From NCBI GenBank assembly GCA_965644495.1, contig CBFFSA010000001.1:1302001-1366000 (forward strand): 64,000 nt of DNA, read 5' to 3'. Position 1 is the stretch's first letter. Every line of letters starts with the position of its first letter. Both the position numbers and the translations under genes were made by a program. The DNA comes from Perkinsela sp. CCAP 1560/9 (taxonomy: Eukaryota; Protista; Euglenozoa: Kinetoplastea). The notes below the pieces were generated by a model. It had not been told where the DNA came from. It did not search any database and worked only from the letters and a program-made list of their open reading frames with translations. This document shows, in pieces, positions 47,662 through 58,329 of the stretch.

Positions 47662-47718
47662 TTTTTTTGGAATAGCGGTCATTTATACGGGATCATTAAT
47701 TTTTATATTTTCTTTTTT

Positions 47719-48612
47719 AGGCTCTTCGTTAAACGCGGTGGTTGCTTTCAACTTAGAAGTCACTCATGCTGCGCGCTTCGCGTTGAAAACTACCGCCGCG
47801 TTTAACGAAGAGCCTAAAAAAGAAAATTTAGCCTGGAAAACGGAAAGATTATGCCCAAAAATAGCCGAATTTCGGGTAAAAATGGGGTGATTTTCGCGTA
47901 GATTTGCTCTCAGAGCACTAAATCCGACATTTGCGCGTGGGAAATCACTCGCAGGCATGAATGAAAGCCTCCCGAACGTATTGGGTAGAGAATGAGACTC
48001 CAACCATACCATTTTTTCGACACAAAAATGCCCCTTTAGGTCCGAAAAATACTTTTTCACCTTTTTTAGTCAAAAATGGGTCATTTTGGGGGGCGCACCA
48101 CAGTTCGAAGAAGTGATACCTTGCGAAAACAACTGCGTAGAAAGCTAGTGTAGGTCCCAAACTATCAAAATACAATAGGGGAAACGATCTTGGAAAAATA
48201 TTTTTTTACCATTTTTTCCGCCAAGTTGAACTTTTTTTCAAAAAAATTTTTCCGAAAAAATCCGAACTTGGCGGACCCGTCCTGCGGATACGCGGGGGGG
48301 TCACCCCCGGGTAGGGGGGTGGAAAATGCGCGCCAAGACCCCGGCTACCCTTTCTCCGGTTTTTTTTCGAAAACTAATTTTTTCGAAAAAATTTGCTCGA
48401 CCATGCCCCCCCCCCTGGACCCCCCCCTGGACCCCCCCATGGACCCCCCATTTTTTTCAAATTTTTTTTTCAGTTTTGGACCACCGGAGCCCCCTTTTAT
48501 ATTTTTTTCTTCTATTATATTACTGTGTTCCTCTATTATATATTTTCACTGTTTTTGTTCACTTTTTTTTCAATAATCGAGTGTAGAGCGGTAGTTTTAC
48601 AACCACCGCAAT
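47719..48612 (-). mobile_element. Family A element, full length
   Basis: Both termini present. Confidence 0.8.
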
Positions 48613-49318
48613 ATAATTATAACTCACTTCTTGTTATAATTTATAATATATAAAAATTAATGAGAGGGAGAGTATACAGGTATAGAAGGCTCCAAACTCT
48701 CAACAATTTTTATGAAGATAACAATTTTTATTAAGATAACAATTTTTATTAAGATATTTTTATTGCGGTGGTTGTAAAACTACCGCTCTACCCTCGATTA
48801 TTGAAAACTAAGTGAACAAAAAAAGTGAAAATATAAAGAGGAACACAGTAATATAGTAGAAGAAAAAAATATAAAGTAAAGGTTTTCTGTCCTTGGGCGG
48901 AAAACTATATTTCACACACAAGCGCAGAGGGCTGATCTCATAATACAAGATCGTGAATATGTATATGGTGACAGATTAGTAATGCTATGATATACATGCA
49001 AGGTAGCGTGAGTACATACAGAATGAAAGTATGGTTGTTTTGGGGTTGGTGTGGAGGAGATCAAAAAAAGGGCAGGGGTGTCCTGGACCTCCTCCGGCGG
49101 GCATTACCGCCAGCAGGGTACCTGGAGTGAGCCGCACAGTACGGACGCATAGTTCCGCACCATTGGTTATTCACTTGGTAATTCCTACTGCATTATCCCC
49201 TGCCCCAAACCTGTATCACATTATTCTCTACTCTCGAACAGGACGGACAAAGTTCACTATTTGATGCGCTCAGTATGTGCCTCTAAATGTACTCGGCAAA
49301 TACATGTATGAGTTTTCT

Positions 49319-50770
49319 CTAACTGTGTTCAAGGTCACACCTGCTTAGATACGTCCTACCATATCTAAGATAGTCATGAATAGCAGCATCTAATGCTTTA
49401 ACCGTTGAATCCATTCGAGAGGATTCATCCAAAAAGTGATATTCTTTATGCGGCCTATTTCCGACGTCAGCAATGTTGTCGGTAGTGCGTAAATCAGCAA
49501 CTGTGAGGGAGGCGTTACAGCCCTCCAAGCTTTGACATATACTACGAACAATATTGTCTACTTCTTCTGATCTTGAATAGCCGCGTTCCAGAGAACGACC
49601 TGCTACTGTATTGTCCGTCGAAACTGCTATAGCTTTTGACTTTCTGCGGAGCGCCGCTTCAATTCCTTTGTGAAGCGCGTAAGTTTCGGCACTCTCAATC
49701 CGAATTTCTTTCGCAAAACTACCCTCCAGTTTTTCTTGAACTACATCTTCCCTTGTTAAGGTCCATTCCGCCCATCGAAAAGGCGTCGCATCGCAAGCAA
49801 TTAAATCAAAGCCATTCTTTGTGAATGAGTTGAACGAACCCGCGTAGGACCATACCCTTTTAAAAGATAGAATCAAGTCTACAAGACCCCCGAGCAATAC
49901 AATAATGCGAGAATCCTCTCGGTCCCAATTTGGATCGATTTTTCCCAAAACACTTTGCAATTTCGTGTATCTTCCTAAAGTTCTCTTAGGAAGACGAAAC
50001 AAAGGGAGAGCGAAGCGTACGAATCCAAGAAAACTAAAATATGTACGTGGGGTTGGGCGAACTGGAAACTTAGCAGCCGCCTGCCATTTTTCAAGCGATG
50101 AATTCTCTATAGACCAAGACAGTCCCACGGAGGATTGCTGGATAGATATGCCGCAAAAATTGAACACAGAACAAGTCGATTCTGACTTAATATATTTTAG
50201 ATGCATTTTTGCACGAGATATAAAATTGCGCTTCAATACTAGTTCCCAACGTTTCTGGCAAGAGGCAGAGACGTGCATACAAACTGAATCGTATACTACT
50301 ATAATGTAGCCTCCATCTTCCAAGCGTAAAACGCTTGGTGCTTCCTTCCATGATAGGACTTCTTCCGGTACATGAAGCTCAACTCGCTCGGCATGTGTAA
50401 GCTTGATTAACACTCCCCAGACAAGCGCCTGGCATATGCCGCACGCTTTAGAATAACCCATTGGCAAAACACAGGCCTGTAGGACAATATTTCCCAGACG
50501 AACACAGCAACGTCGCCGTAAGGCTATTCCAATTGGAATTTGATAGTATGCGTTTCTTATGTCAAAATGTATTGCCCTGAGACGACAAAGAGAAGTATCG
50601 GTTGAGCTCAAAACTTGAAGCATATCTTCGATATTTAATAATGAAAATGCTATCGTGGAGTTGCTCGACATGCTGTTTAATTCGCGGGGATCAAAAATAG
50701 CTCGTGCCAAGTTTTCTGTTTTATTTACTCCGAAATAACGACTCAATATCGGCCCCCGGGACCCAGCCAC
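49319..50770 (-). CDS. DIRS/VIPER-type reverse transcriptase plus RNase H (5' part degraded)
   Basis: FDIRNAYYQI, LPMGYS, VVYDS, FLGFVRF; IACDAT, AETYA, STDNT, NIAD. Confidence 0.85.
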   Translation of the reverse strand: MAGSRGPILSRYFGVNKTENLARAIFDPRELNSMSSNSTIAFSLLNIEDMLQVLSSTDTSLCRLRAIHFDIRNAYYQIPIGIALRRRCCVRLGNIVLQACVLPMGYSKACGICQALVWGVLIKLTHAERVELHVPEEVLSWKEAPSVLRLEDGGYIIVVYDSVCMHVSASCQKRWELVLKRNFISRAKMHLKYIKSESTCSVFNFCGISIQQSSVGLSWSIENSSLEKWQAAAKFPVRPTPRTYFSFLGFVRFALPLFRLPKRTLGRYTKLQSVLGKIDPNWDREDSRIIVLLGGLVDLILSFKRVWSYAGSFNSFTKNGFDLIACDATPFRWAEWTLTREDVVQEKLEGSFAKEIRIESAETYALHKGIEAALRRKSKAIAVSTDNTVAGRSLERGYSRSEEVDNIVRSICQSLEGCNASLTVADLRTTDNIADVGNRPHKEYHFLDESSRMDSTVKALDAAIHDYLRYGRTYLSRCDLEHS

Positions 50771-51268
50771 GTGGACGTAGGGATCAAAAACACCTACGTC
50801 CCAAAGGTATTTTAGATGAGCTGCCCACTTTGTGTTGGCGGGACGCGAAATACACAGATCTTCAAATCTATCTTCCGAAACAGGATCTTCCTGGAGTAGT
50901 TACAGGGCTTGACAAACGACGGGCATTGCGATGACTGTTCCGGTTGACTTGTCCTCAGATGTCTTAAGGATAGCCCCCTTCACATTAACTAATTTATCTA
51001 AAGGTGTAGAAGGATTATTAATGCTCCCTCGATACGATGCTCTCTGTCCAATGTCATGACTATTTCCCGACAGAAGAGGGATGTACATGCCGGACTATAT
51101 CCTATCAATAAGATGTACAAGAGTAGTAGTACTGGTTTCATTTAGTGTACAAGACCATTTGAACGTCCATAACATCAAACCCTTTGACGAACGTTAAGCC
51201 GTTCGTATAGAATTCCGCTAATATAGTAGTATCATTAAGTCCCTAATATCGTAAACATATCCTTTGTA

Positions 51269-53487
51269 CATACCCCTGCCGGGTAAATGGGTAATTACCC
51301 GGGCCTGCGACCCAGTTACCCGCACCGACCCGCACCGACCCGCATTGACAGGTCGTCTTAGAAAGCTACATATACATGTATACATCTGTTTGTTGTATCT
51401 TGTCATCGGGAAATAAACGTGCATCTTTGTTTCGGACCTTATGGTGAAGTGTTTTAAGGCTAAGTAAGAAATCAATAATCATATTACTCTTGTGTTTGAT
51501 CGCACTAACTAATCTCTTCTTACTTAAACTTATCTGTACTCATGGCTCGTCAACGACGATTAGAGCAGACACCTAGCACGCCTGAATTATTTTCTTCATC
51601 TGATACTGACGATGGTAATACCCCTGAGTCAAAAAAAATGAAGCATCGCGATACTATACGGCACAAAATGACTGTAGAATCCTTATCTGGGCAATTCGTG
51701 CTCGTGCGCTGTCCTCCCGGAAGCACCCACGCACACAGATATTCTCACCGATCCTTTGGGCCAAAAGCTTCATTTCATATGTACCAAGGAAGGATGCGCT
51801 TTTGAATCTCACTCTCGTTATAAAAATGTGTATCACAAGCATCGCCGCGAGTGCTCAAGATCTCTTGAAAATTCCCGATTGGCACAGGTGGCGAGTGCGA
51901 ACAATCAGGGAGTAATTGTACAGCGCTTCGTAGGAAAAGTACTGCCATGCTTACAGACCCTAACGAATCTTTCTTCTAGTCGGTTTTTCTGGCTCGTGCA
52001 TAAGTACGAGGATTTACGCCCTGATGTACCTGGAACAAAGATAAAAAGAGACCTTCCGGAATCAAATTTAAAGAAGTGGCACCACTATTGTGAAGTTCCA
52101 CACCCCCTACATGGGTGTGGAAAAAGAATGTTCTTCCTGTCTTAAAGGCTTCTGATCGGGTTGGAAACTTGGCAAGAACGGAAAGACGTTATACCGTGCG
52201 AGAACCAAATGTTCGACACTGTCTTTGTCAGGAAATCGGATCCAACATAGAGGAAGCCTATGACATGGAGTTTCGTAGGATCCGAAACATAGTCGAACGC
52301 TTCATTGCTCGCTTAAAGCAGCATCAACTTTTCTATAACAATCGCCATAAGAAGCACGTTCTACGTTCATTCTTTGGCTTGCTATGGAACGCTGAGTGCA
52401 TTCACTGGGAAGTCGAAAATCCAAATCTTTACCCCGATTCCGTGGAACACTTAAAGGAAAGTGATTCGCGAGTCGCTGAGTGGAAGACACGAAGTTTCTG
52501 CTCCTGTAAGTTTCATAAGGATGATAAAGAAGATCAAGCGTATATCAAAAAGTATCGCGATCATACTAAACTACTAGTTCATATGGTCGGAGTGCGCCCT
52601 GGTAAATGTCCTGCACACGGGTTAAAAGGAAAAACTACGTATGAGAGATTGACGAAGAGCGAGATAAAGGACAGAGATTCTGAAATAAGAATTCAGAAAA
52701 GAATTGATCAGCAGGAACGAAGGAAAAAAAGCGAACGGCTTAATCGTCAAGCTCTTTCGGAATTTAAGCAAGGTGAATGAAGCAGTCACATTTAGTAGCC
52801 ATGTACATGTATGTATGGACAGATTGATATTAGTAGTTGACACTGAAAGCAATGATAATTTCGTACGATTTGCATGGACCTCGAACTAGTCTCCCTGCAC
52901 CCCCCACCTGGACCCGCCTTCCACCCCCGGGAACCCCCACCCGGATCCTCCAGCGAACACCATAGCCGAAAAAACGCCAAGTACCTTTGCCATTGGTTTC
53001 TCTTGGGACCTGACTGGGTTTGCCTGGGTTTGCATTTTACTGGTTTCAGCCCTCTAAATGTTTTCTATGTGGTGATTCTTTATAGTTTCACCTTAGTTGC
53101 TAGGACTCGAGGGTAAACTCGACTGGCCAAAAAAAAATAAAGAAAATTGGTACCATTGCGGTGTTAGGGGTAGGCTTCTTGTTGGCCTAGGGGGTTCACA
53201 CCAAAAAAAAAATAAAAAAAATAGATGGGCGACACAAGCAAATCAGTAGAGGGAATTCTTCTTATGGAAGGAATTCCTCAACGCTAAAGATACCGTTTCT
53301 GTACATAGAGCATTCCGTGCCAATCCTACAAATCAGCACACTTGAGAGGAAATTATTTTGTATTTAATGGCTAGTGCGCCGATGCGTGTCTGTGTGGGTC
53401 GGTGCGGGTAACTGGGTCACAGACCCGGGTAATTTACCCGCACAGACCCGCTAATGGGTAATTACCCATCGACCCGGCAGGGGTATG
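51269..53487 (+). mobile_element. CATA-ended TIR element with 6-bp TSD nested in the YR element; chimeric transposase remnants
   Basis: TIR CATACCCCTGCCGGGT, TSD TTTGTA; 51756-52145 resembles the N-terminus of 43109-43987; 52115-52780 has DDE_Tnp_4-like RNIVERFIARLK. Confidence 0.85.
53277..53304 (+). other. Spliced-leader-exon-like motif
   Basis: CTCAACGCTAAAGATACCGTTTCTGTAC carries both SL blocks AACGCTA and GTTTCTGTAC. Confidence 0.7.
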
Positions 53488-53550
53488 TTTGTATTATTAA
53501 TAGTTTTAGTTATTGAAATGTAGGTTTTTAAATAATTCGTGTTCCAATAA

Positions 53551-54503
53551 TTAATGTTCCAATACTTTACTCTTCTGCTTATGAGTTCGTTTGTCTAGCC
53601 CTCGGGTGTAGTGTTGGAGAGATGGTATCGTGGCATCACAAAGGGCAGCGGCAAATGTGTCTGTAGCTTTCCGTTTCCGGGCTGTGTGTCCCGTGTGACG
53701 GAGACAATGCGTGGAGAATACAAGCCCACTTGGCCATCTAAATCTTTCTTCCGCTAATTTTAGTAGCATTGATAGGTGGGTGGATATGCAACGCGAAAAA
53801 AGAAAATCGTTCGATGTTGGCCGTTGCCGCAATAAGCACATACCAGCCTCGGAACACTCGATCCATCCACCCGACGATGCCGTTTTTAGACGAGATATGT
53901 GAATCGAAGTTTTATCTAGGTCAATCAATTTTAGATAACGAAGGTCACCTGGTCGAATGGGTGCTTCCAAAAATAATTGGGTGGCATCATGGAGCATGTT
54001 TCGAAACTTTTTATCGTGAACAATTCCTTTATTTGTGCGCCACGAACAATTTCGACCGATATCTGACTTTATCAGATATCATTTTTTATCAGACTCATAA
54101 AGTCTAATGTCATTTGTGGCGTTAAAACACCTCGAATCTCATGCTTTCCTTCGCGGCCCGCCCCATTAACCATTTTTCTCATCTCACTTGTGAACAGCCA
54201 AGGACTTTGTACTGAATTGCAGCGTATGGCAAACGCCAGCGCGCTCCAGACCCCGGCCGGAGAACAGAGACCTTGTACTTTCCAACTTACTAAAAAAGAC
54301 AAGAATTCCTTTTCGGAGCAGGTTTCCACAGGCACACTTCTGGTCTTCCTGGTGTTCGCTAGAAACGCACGAAGAGGCTTCAAATTTCTTTCATAAGTTT
54401 TTAGTGTGGACGTTTTTACTGACGCTTTCATTAAGATGTTACGTTCTTTCTTAGTATGGACGATGGAGGCGCCTGAGGCTGAGAATTTCTTAGGCTGTGT
54501 CAT
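53551..54503 (-). pseudogene. Tyrosine recombinase, split ORF
   Basis: N-terminal STLKTYERN; catalytic-like IRPGD, HCLRH, LQHY. Confidence 0.85.
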
Positions 54504-54852
54504 GAGTTCTGTAAGAGCAATGCAATATTTTTTCTAGGATACAGAACGAAGCGTTTTTCTTTATTCAAGCCCACATCAAAACAAATATAAGCCAGTAGTC
54601 TTGTCCAAGCCTCTCCCGTATATTCAGGCCTGCCCAGCAAGTTTTGATACTAAAGTACTTTATTATGCTGCGAATTGTTAACATCGTAAGAAACTACATA
54701 CCTCAGGCTCATAAAACTTGATACGTTTAGTCATTAGTTTTTTGTAACAGAATCCTTCAAAAGAACCAACAATGCATTCTTCACTGGTTAATGTTATTCT
54801 TGTTGAAAAGCCCCCCGTGGCAATATAATTATAGCTTTTTTAATTTGTTAAG

Positions 54853-55267
54853 AAGACACGGAAGGCTCTGCAGCGCCAACCGTTAGGGTAGAGTCTCAGG
54901 TCACCGACCTTCATTGTCTTGCTACCCCCTTCCCCGACGGCACTCGACGCCTTGCGGCCCGAGCACGGCTACCCAACCGTAGCTACCAGGACGGGCGTCC
55001 ACCCCGTTGCATCGTGTAGGCTGTGTCTCAAGCCTCCTTTGCGTAAGCAGCTCGCAATTTAGCGGCTGCGCTAGAGCCTGGTTCAGCTCGCTGGTTCCGG
55101 GTCGGTCCTCCAGGGGATCGGGGTTGGGTGTGGGCCTTGAAGGCACTCCTGATCGCTTTCCCTTTGTAGTGAGGCCGCCAGGTTGCGAGTTTTGTCGATA
55201 GCGGGAATCGAACAAGCAACCTGCAGGTTGTAAGGCCCACCGTCTACCAAATACGCCCACACCGCTC
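54853..55267 (-). mobile_element. tRNA-derived SINE, full length, 10-bp TSD
   Basis: TSD ATTTGTTAAG at 54843-54852 and 55268-55277; tRNA-like head 55193-55266 with GTTCGATTCC; tail TGGCGCTGCAGAGCCTTCCGTGTCTT also at ~26058. Confidence 0.8.
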
Positions 55268-55591
55268 ATTTGTTAAGGTTTTGCAGTTTCCACTAGGGTT
55301 TAAGTATTTCTACGCCAGCTAATTATTTTCGTAGTGCGAATAAGGAAATTAATTGGTTTATTATAATTTCATTTCGTTGAAGAACAGAGGCGACATCATG
55401 GTAATTCGTTTTCGTGGACTTCAGGCTGCGCAAAAAACGTTGTCTACTTCACTTCTTTTCTATTCCCTCCTTTACATATGCTTCCTTCACATATGCATCC
55501 TTCACGTATGCATCCTTCACGTATGCATCCTCCCGCCTCAGCTTGTGCGAGGAGCCTTCTTGAGTGGGACAGTTTCCACTTCGATGACCTA

Positions 55592-56590
55592 TTACCATTT
55601 TTTACCACAGCTGAAACATCGGATCACACGATGCCGTCCATCTTCTCGAAATCCATGCGACCCTCCACGTCGAGCATATGGAAAGCGAGGACTGTAAGAC
55701 ACACGTTGCGGTCCCATTGTAGATTGCCCCATTGGCTGAAAAGGACGATCATCGAGACACGCGCCCGCGCCCTTCAAGGTGAATGAAGCTGTACCCCAAC
55801 CATGTACCACTTGCACAAATTTCTCACGATCTCCACACTCTAGGAGACCCCGATAACAAAGTACTGAGAGTCCTATAGGAGACAAAAGTCCTCCACGGAA
55901 GCCTTTATCAGTAGCCAGTTCACACTGAACTGTTTCGTCTCCGATCAATGCTTGATACAAACTATCATAGCATACGTAGTCGTTCGTCTGCTGCTGACGA
56001 CGACGCAAAGACACAAGAGAAAACAAGTCTGCCAAGATTGAGAAAAACGAGAGACGGTCTGACGCTGGAGCAACCTTCCAGTTTCTACCACCGCATGGGT
56101 TAGCCTCCAGTTCCACAATCGTTTTTGAAAAGACTCCTTCGGCAGCGATTCGGGAACGCAAGAAAACCACTTGGCGTAACCCGCCGGTAAGTTCGCCAAC
56201 CTCAGTCGGGAAACTGCGCAGGTGCCGAAGTTTTTCAAGGAATGATGGTGATACTTTGGGAAACTCAAGAGTTCCAATGTCATTGCGTGCCTGTTGCAAA
56301 AGACGTCGGCATACAATACCAAGAGATTTCTCATGTTTATCGCGCATTTTTTCCCTTTTCTCATTTTCTAGATTTTTCTCTTCACGGCAATCTTCAGGGA
56401 CCTCCGATTCAGTGGATGATGATACTGAAGACCAGGGGGGATATCGCGAGCCTCTTCGCGTTTTGCGCGTGAGTAGAGGAGAAGGAGGGACCATGTTCCG
56501 ACTCATATCTCCAGCTTGTGACGACGGAGGAATGCGCACACCCTTTCCTTTTGAATTCGAGGCCTTCGGCCTTTGAGTTTTGGCTGCCAT
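55592..56590 (-). CDS. Gag-like ORF1 of the YR retroelement with decayed zinc knuckle
   Basis: First ORF of the element; ends CFSCGK with a frameshift in the knuckle. Confidence 0.7.
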   Translation of the reverse strand: MAAKTQRPKASNSKGKGVRIPPSSQAGDMSRNMVPPSPLLTRKTRRGSRYPPWSSVSSSTESEVPEDCREEKNLENEKREKMRDKHEKSLGIVCRRLLQQARNDIGTLEFPKVSPSFLEKLRHLRSFPTEVGELTGGLRQVVFLRSRIAAEGVFSKTIVELEANPCGGRNWKVAPASDRLSFFSILADLFSLVSLRRRQQQTNDYVCYDSLYQALIGDETVQCELATDKGFRGGLLSPIGLSVLCYRGLLECGDREKFVQVVHGWGTASFTLKGAGACLDDRPFQPMGQSTMGPQRVSYSPRFPYARRGGSHGFREDGRHRVIRCFSCGKKW

Positions 56591-57159
56591 AAACTAATAG
56601 TAAAGTAAAATGTATAATGTAATACCCAGCGTTTGAGCACGATTGAAAAACAATTTTTCTACTGTCAACACCGATTGCTCTGAAATAGCCCAAAGACTTA
56701 AATTACAACTGCTTCATAGTAGGAAAGTCGCATTCCTCGTCTCATTTCCTTGTCACGAAAATGTAAATACTTTCAGCCACCGGGCGGCTGATACAGACAC
56801 ATTTTTTTTGATCTCCTCCACACCAACCCCAAAACAACCATACTTTCATTCTGTATGTACTCACGCTACCTTACATGTATATCATAGCATTACTAATCTG
56901 TCACCATATACATATTCACGATCTTGTATTATGAGATCAGCCCTCTGCGCTTGTGTGTGAAATATAGTTTTCCGCCCAAGGACAGAAAACCTTTAGTTCA
57001 CACACCATGTTTAATGGGCTTCCTTAACTCCAGCGCTACCTGTACATAGACAGGCATAGGTCTATAAGGCTTCACATGCTGCTTATGAAAACCTGTTGGA
57101 AAAACTGATCAATCATGACTCGGCATGCTATGCCTCGGAGAAACACGTCCCCACAGTTA

Positions 57160-57352
57160 CCCCTCGGGGAACACGCCCCGGCATCTACTCCTCGGGGAAC
57201 ACGCCCCGGCATCTACTCCTCGGGGAATACACGCCCCGGCATCTACTCCTCGGGGAACACGCCCCGGCATCCACTCCTCGGGGAACACGCCCCGGCATCT
57301 ACTCCTCGGGGAAAACACGCCCCGGCATCTACTCCTCGGGGAAACATACCCC
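57160..57352. repeat. 27-29-bp minisatellite in the 5' leader of the YR element
   Basis: About 6.5 copies of CTCGGGGAACACGCCCCGGCATCTACTC. Confidence 0.9.
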
Positions 57353-57606
57353 GACGATTACTTCACAGGATATCGGCATTGTCTTTCACTTACAAGCTAT
57401 ACAGTTGCAAGTTATACATGTATTAGCATTAAATGTTAGTGCTGATAATAACCAATAAAGTGAGGTAATAACACAGTAAAGCGTTGTAACCCAAATTAGA
57501 TTTCTTCCAATTATATCTCCCCCCTCCTCCTCTGGGCTTAGGGGCCCAGTACCTGGCTTTGGACAGGTTAAGCGGAGTTAAGGAAGCCCATTAAGCATGG
57601 TGTGTG

Positions 57607-58325
57607 AAAGGGGGCTCCTGTGGTCCAAAATTGGAAAAAAAAAATTGAAAAAAATGGGGGGCCCAGGGCGGGGTCATGGTCGAGCAATTTTTTTCGAAAA
57701 CAAAACCGCAGAAAGGGTAGCCGGGGTCTTGGCGCGCATTTTCCACCCCCCTACCCGGGGGTGACCCCCCTGCGTATCCGCAGGAGGGGTCCGCCGAGTT
57801 CGAAATTTTTCGGAATAAAAAAGTTCAACTTGGCGGAAAAAATGGTAAAAAAATATTTTTCCAAGATCGTTTCCCCTATTGTATTTTGATAGTTTGGGAC
57901 CTACACTAGCTTTCTCCGCAGTTGTTTTCGCAAGGTATCCATTCTTCGAACCGTGGTGCGCCCCTCAAAATGACCCATTTTTGACTAAAAAAGGTGAAAA
58001 GGTATTTTTCGGACCTAAAGGGGCATTTTTGTGTCGAAAGAATGGTATGGTTGGAGTCGCACTCTACCCAATACGTTCAGTAGGCTTCCATTCATGCCTA
58101 CTAGTGATTTCCCACGAGCAAATGTCGGATTCAGTGCTCTGACAGCAAACATACGCGAAAATCACCCCATTTTTACCCGAAATTCGGCTATTTTTAGCTA
58201 TAATCTTCCCGTTTTCCAGGCTAAATTTTCTTTTTTAGGCTCCTCGTTAAACGCGTCGGTAGTTTTCAACGCGAAGCGCGCAGCATGAGTGACTTCTAAG
58301 TTGAAAACAACCACCGTGTTTAACG
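57607..58325 (+). mobile_element. 3' part of the family A copy split by the YR element
   Basis: Resumes at AAAGGGGGCTCC, continuing 48762-48875. Confidence 0.8.
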
Positions 58326-58329
58326 ATTA

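Larger units (their letters stand above)
48873..57609 (-). mobile_element. Tyrosine-recombinase retrotransposon (gag-YR-RT/RH, VIPER-like order) with split inverted repeats
   Basis: Splits a family A copy (48762-48875 and 57607-58325) at a TTT; 48877-49069 is inverted at 56802-56995 and 57574-57608 is inverted at 56997-57031. Confidence 0.85.

Noticed and set aside
57160-57352. 28-bp repeat array as CRISPR
   Set aside because: Contiguous tandem units without spacers
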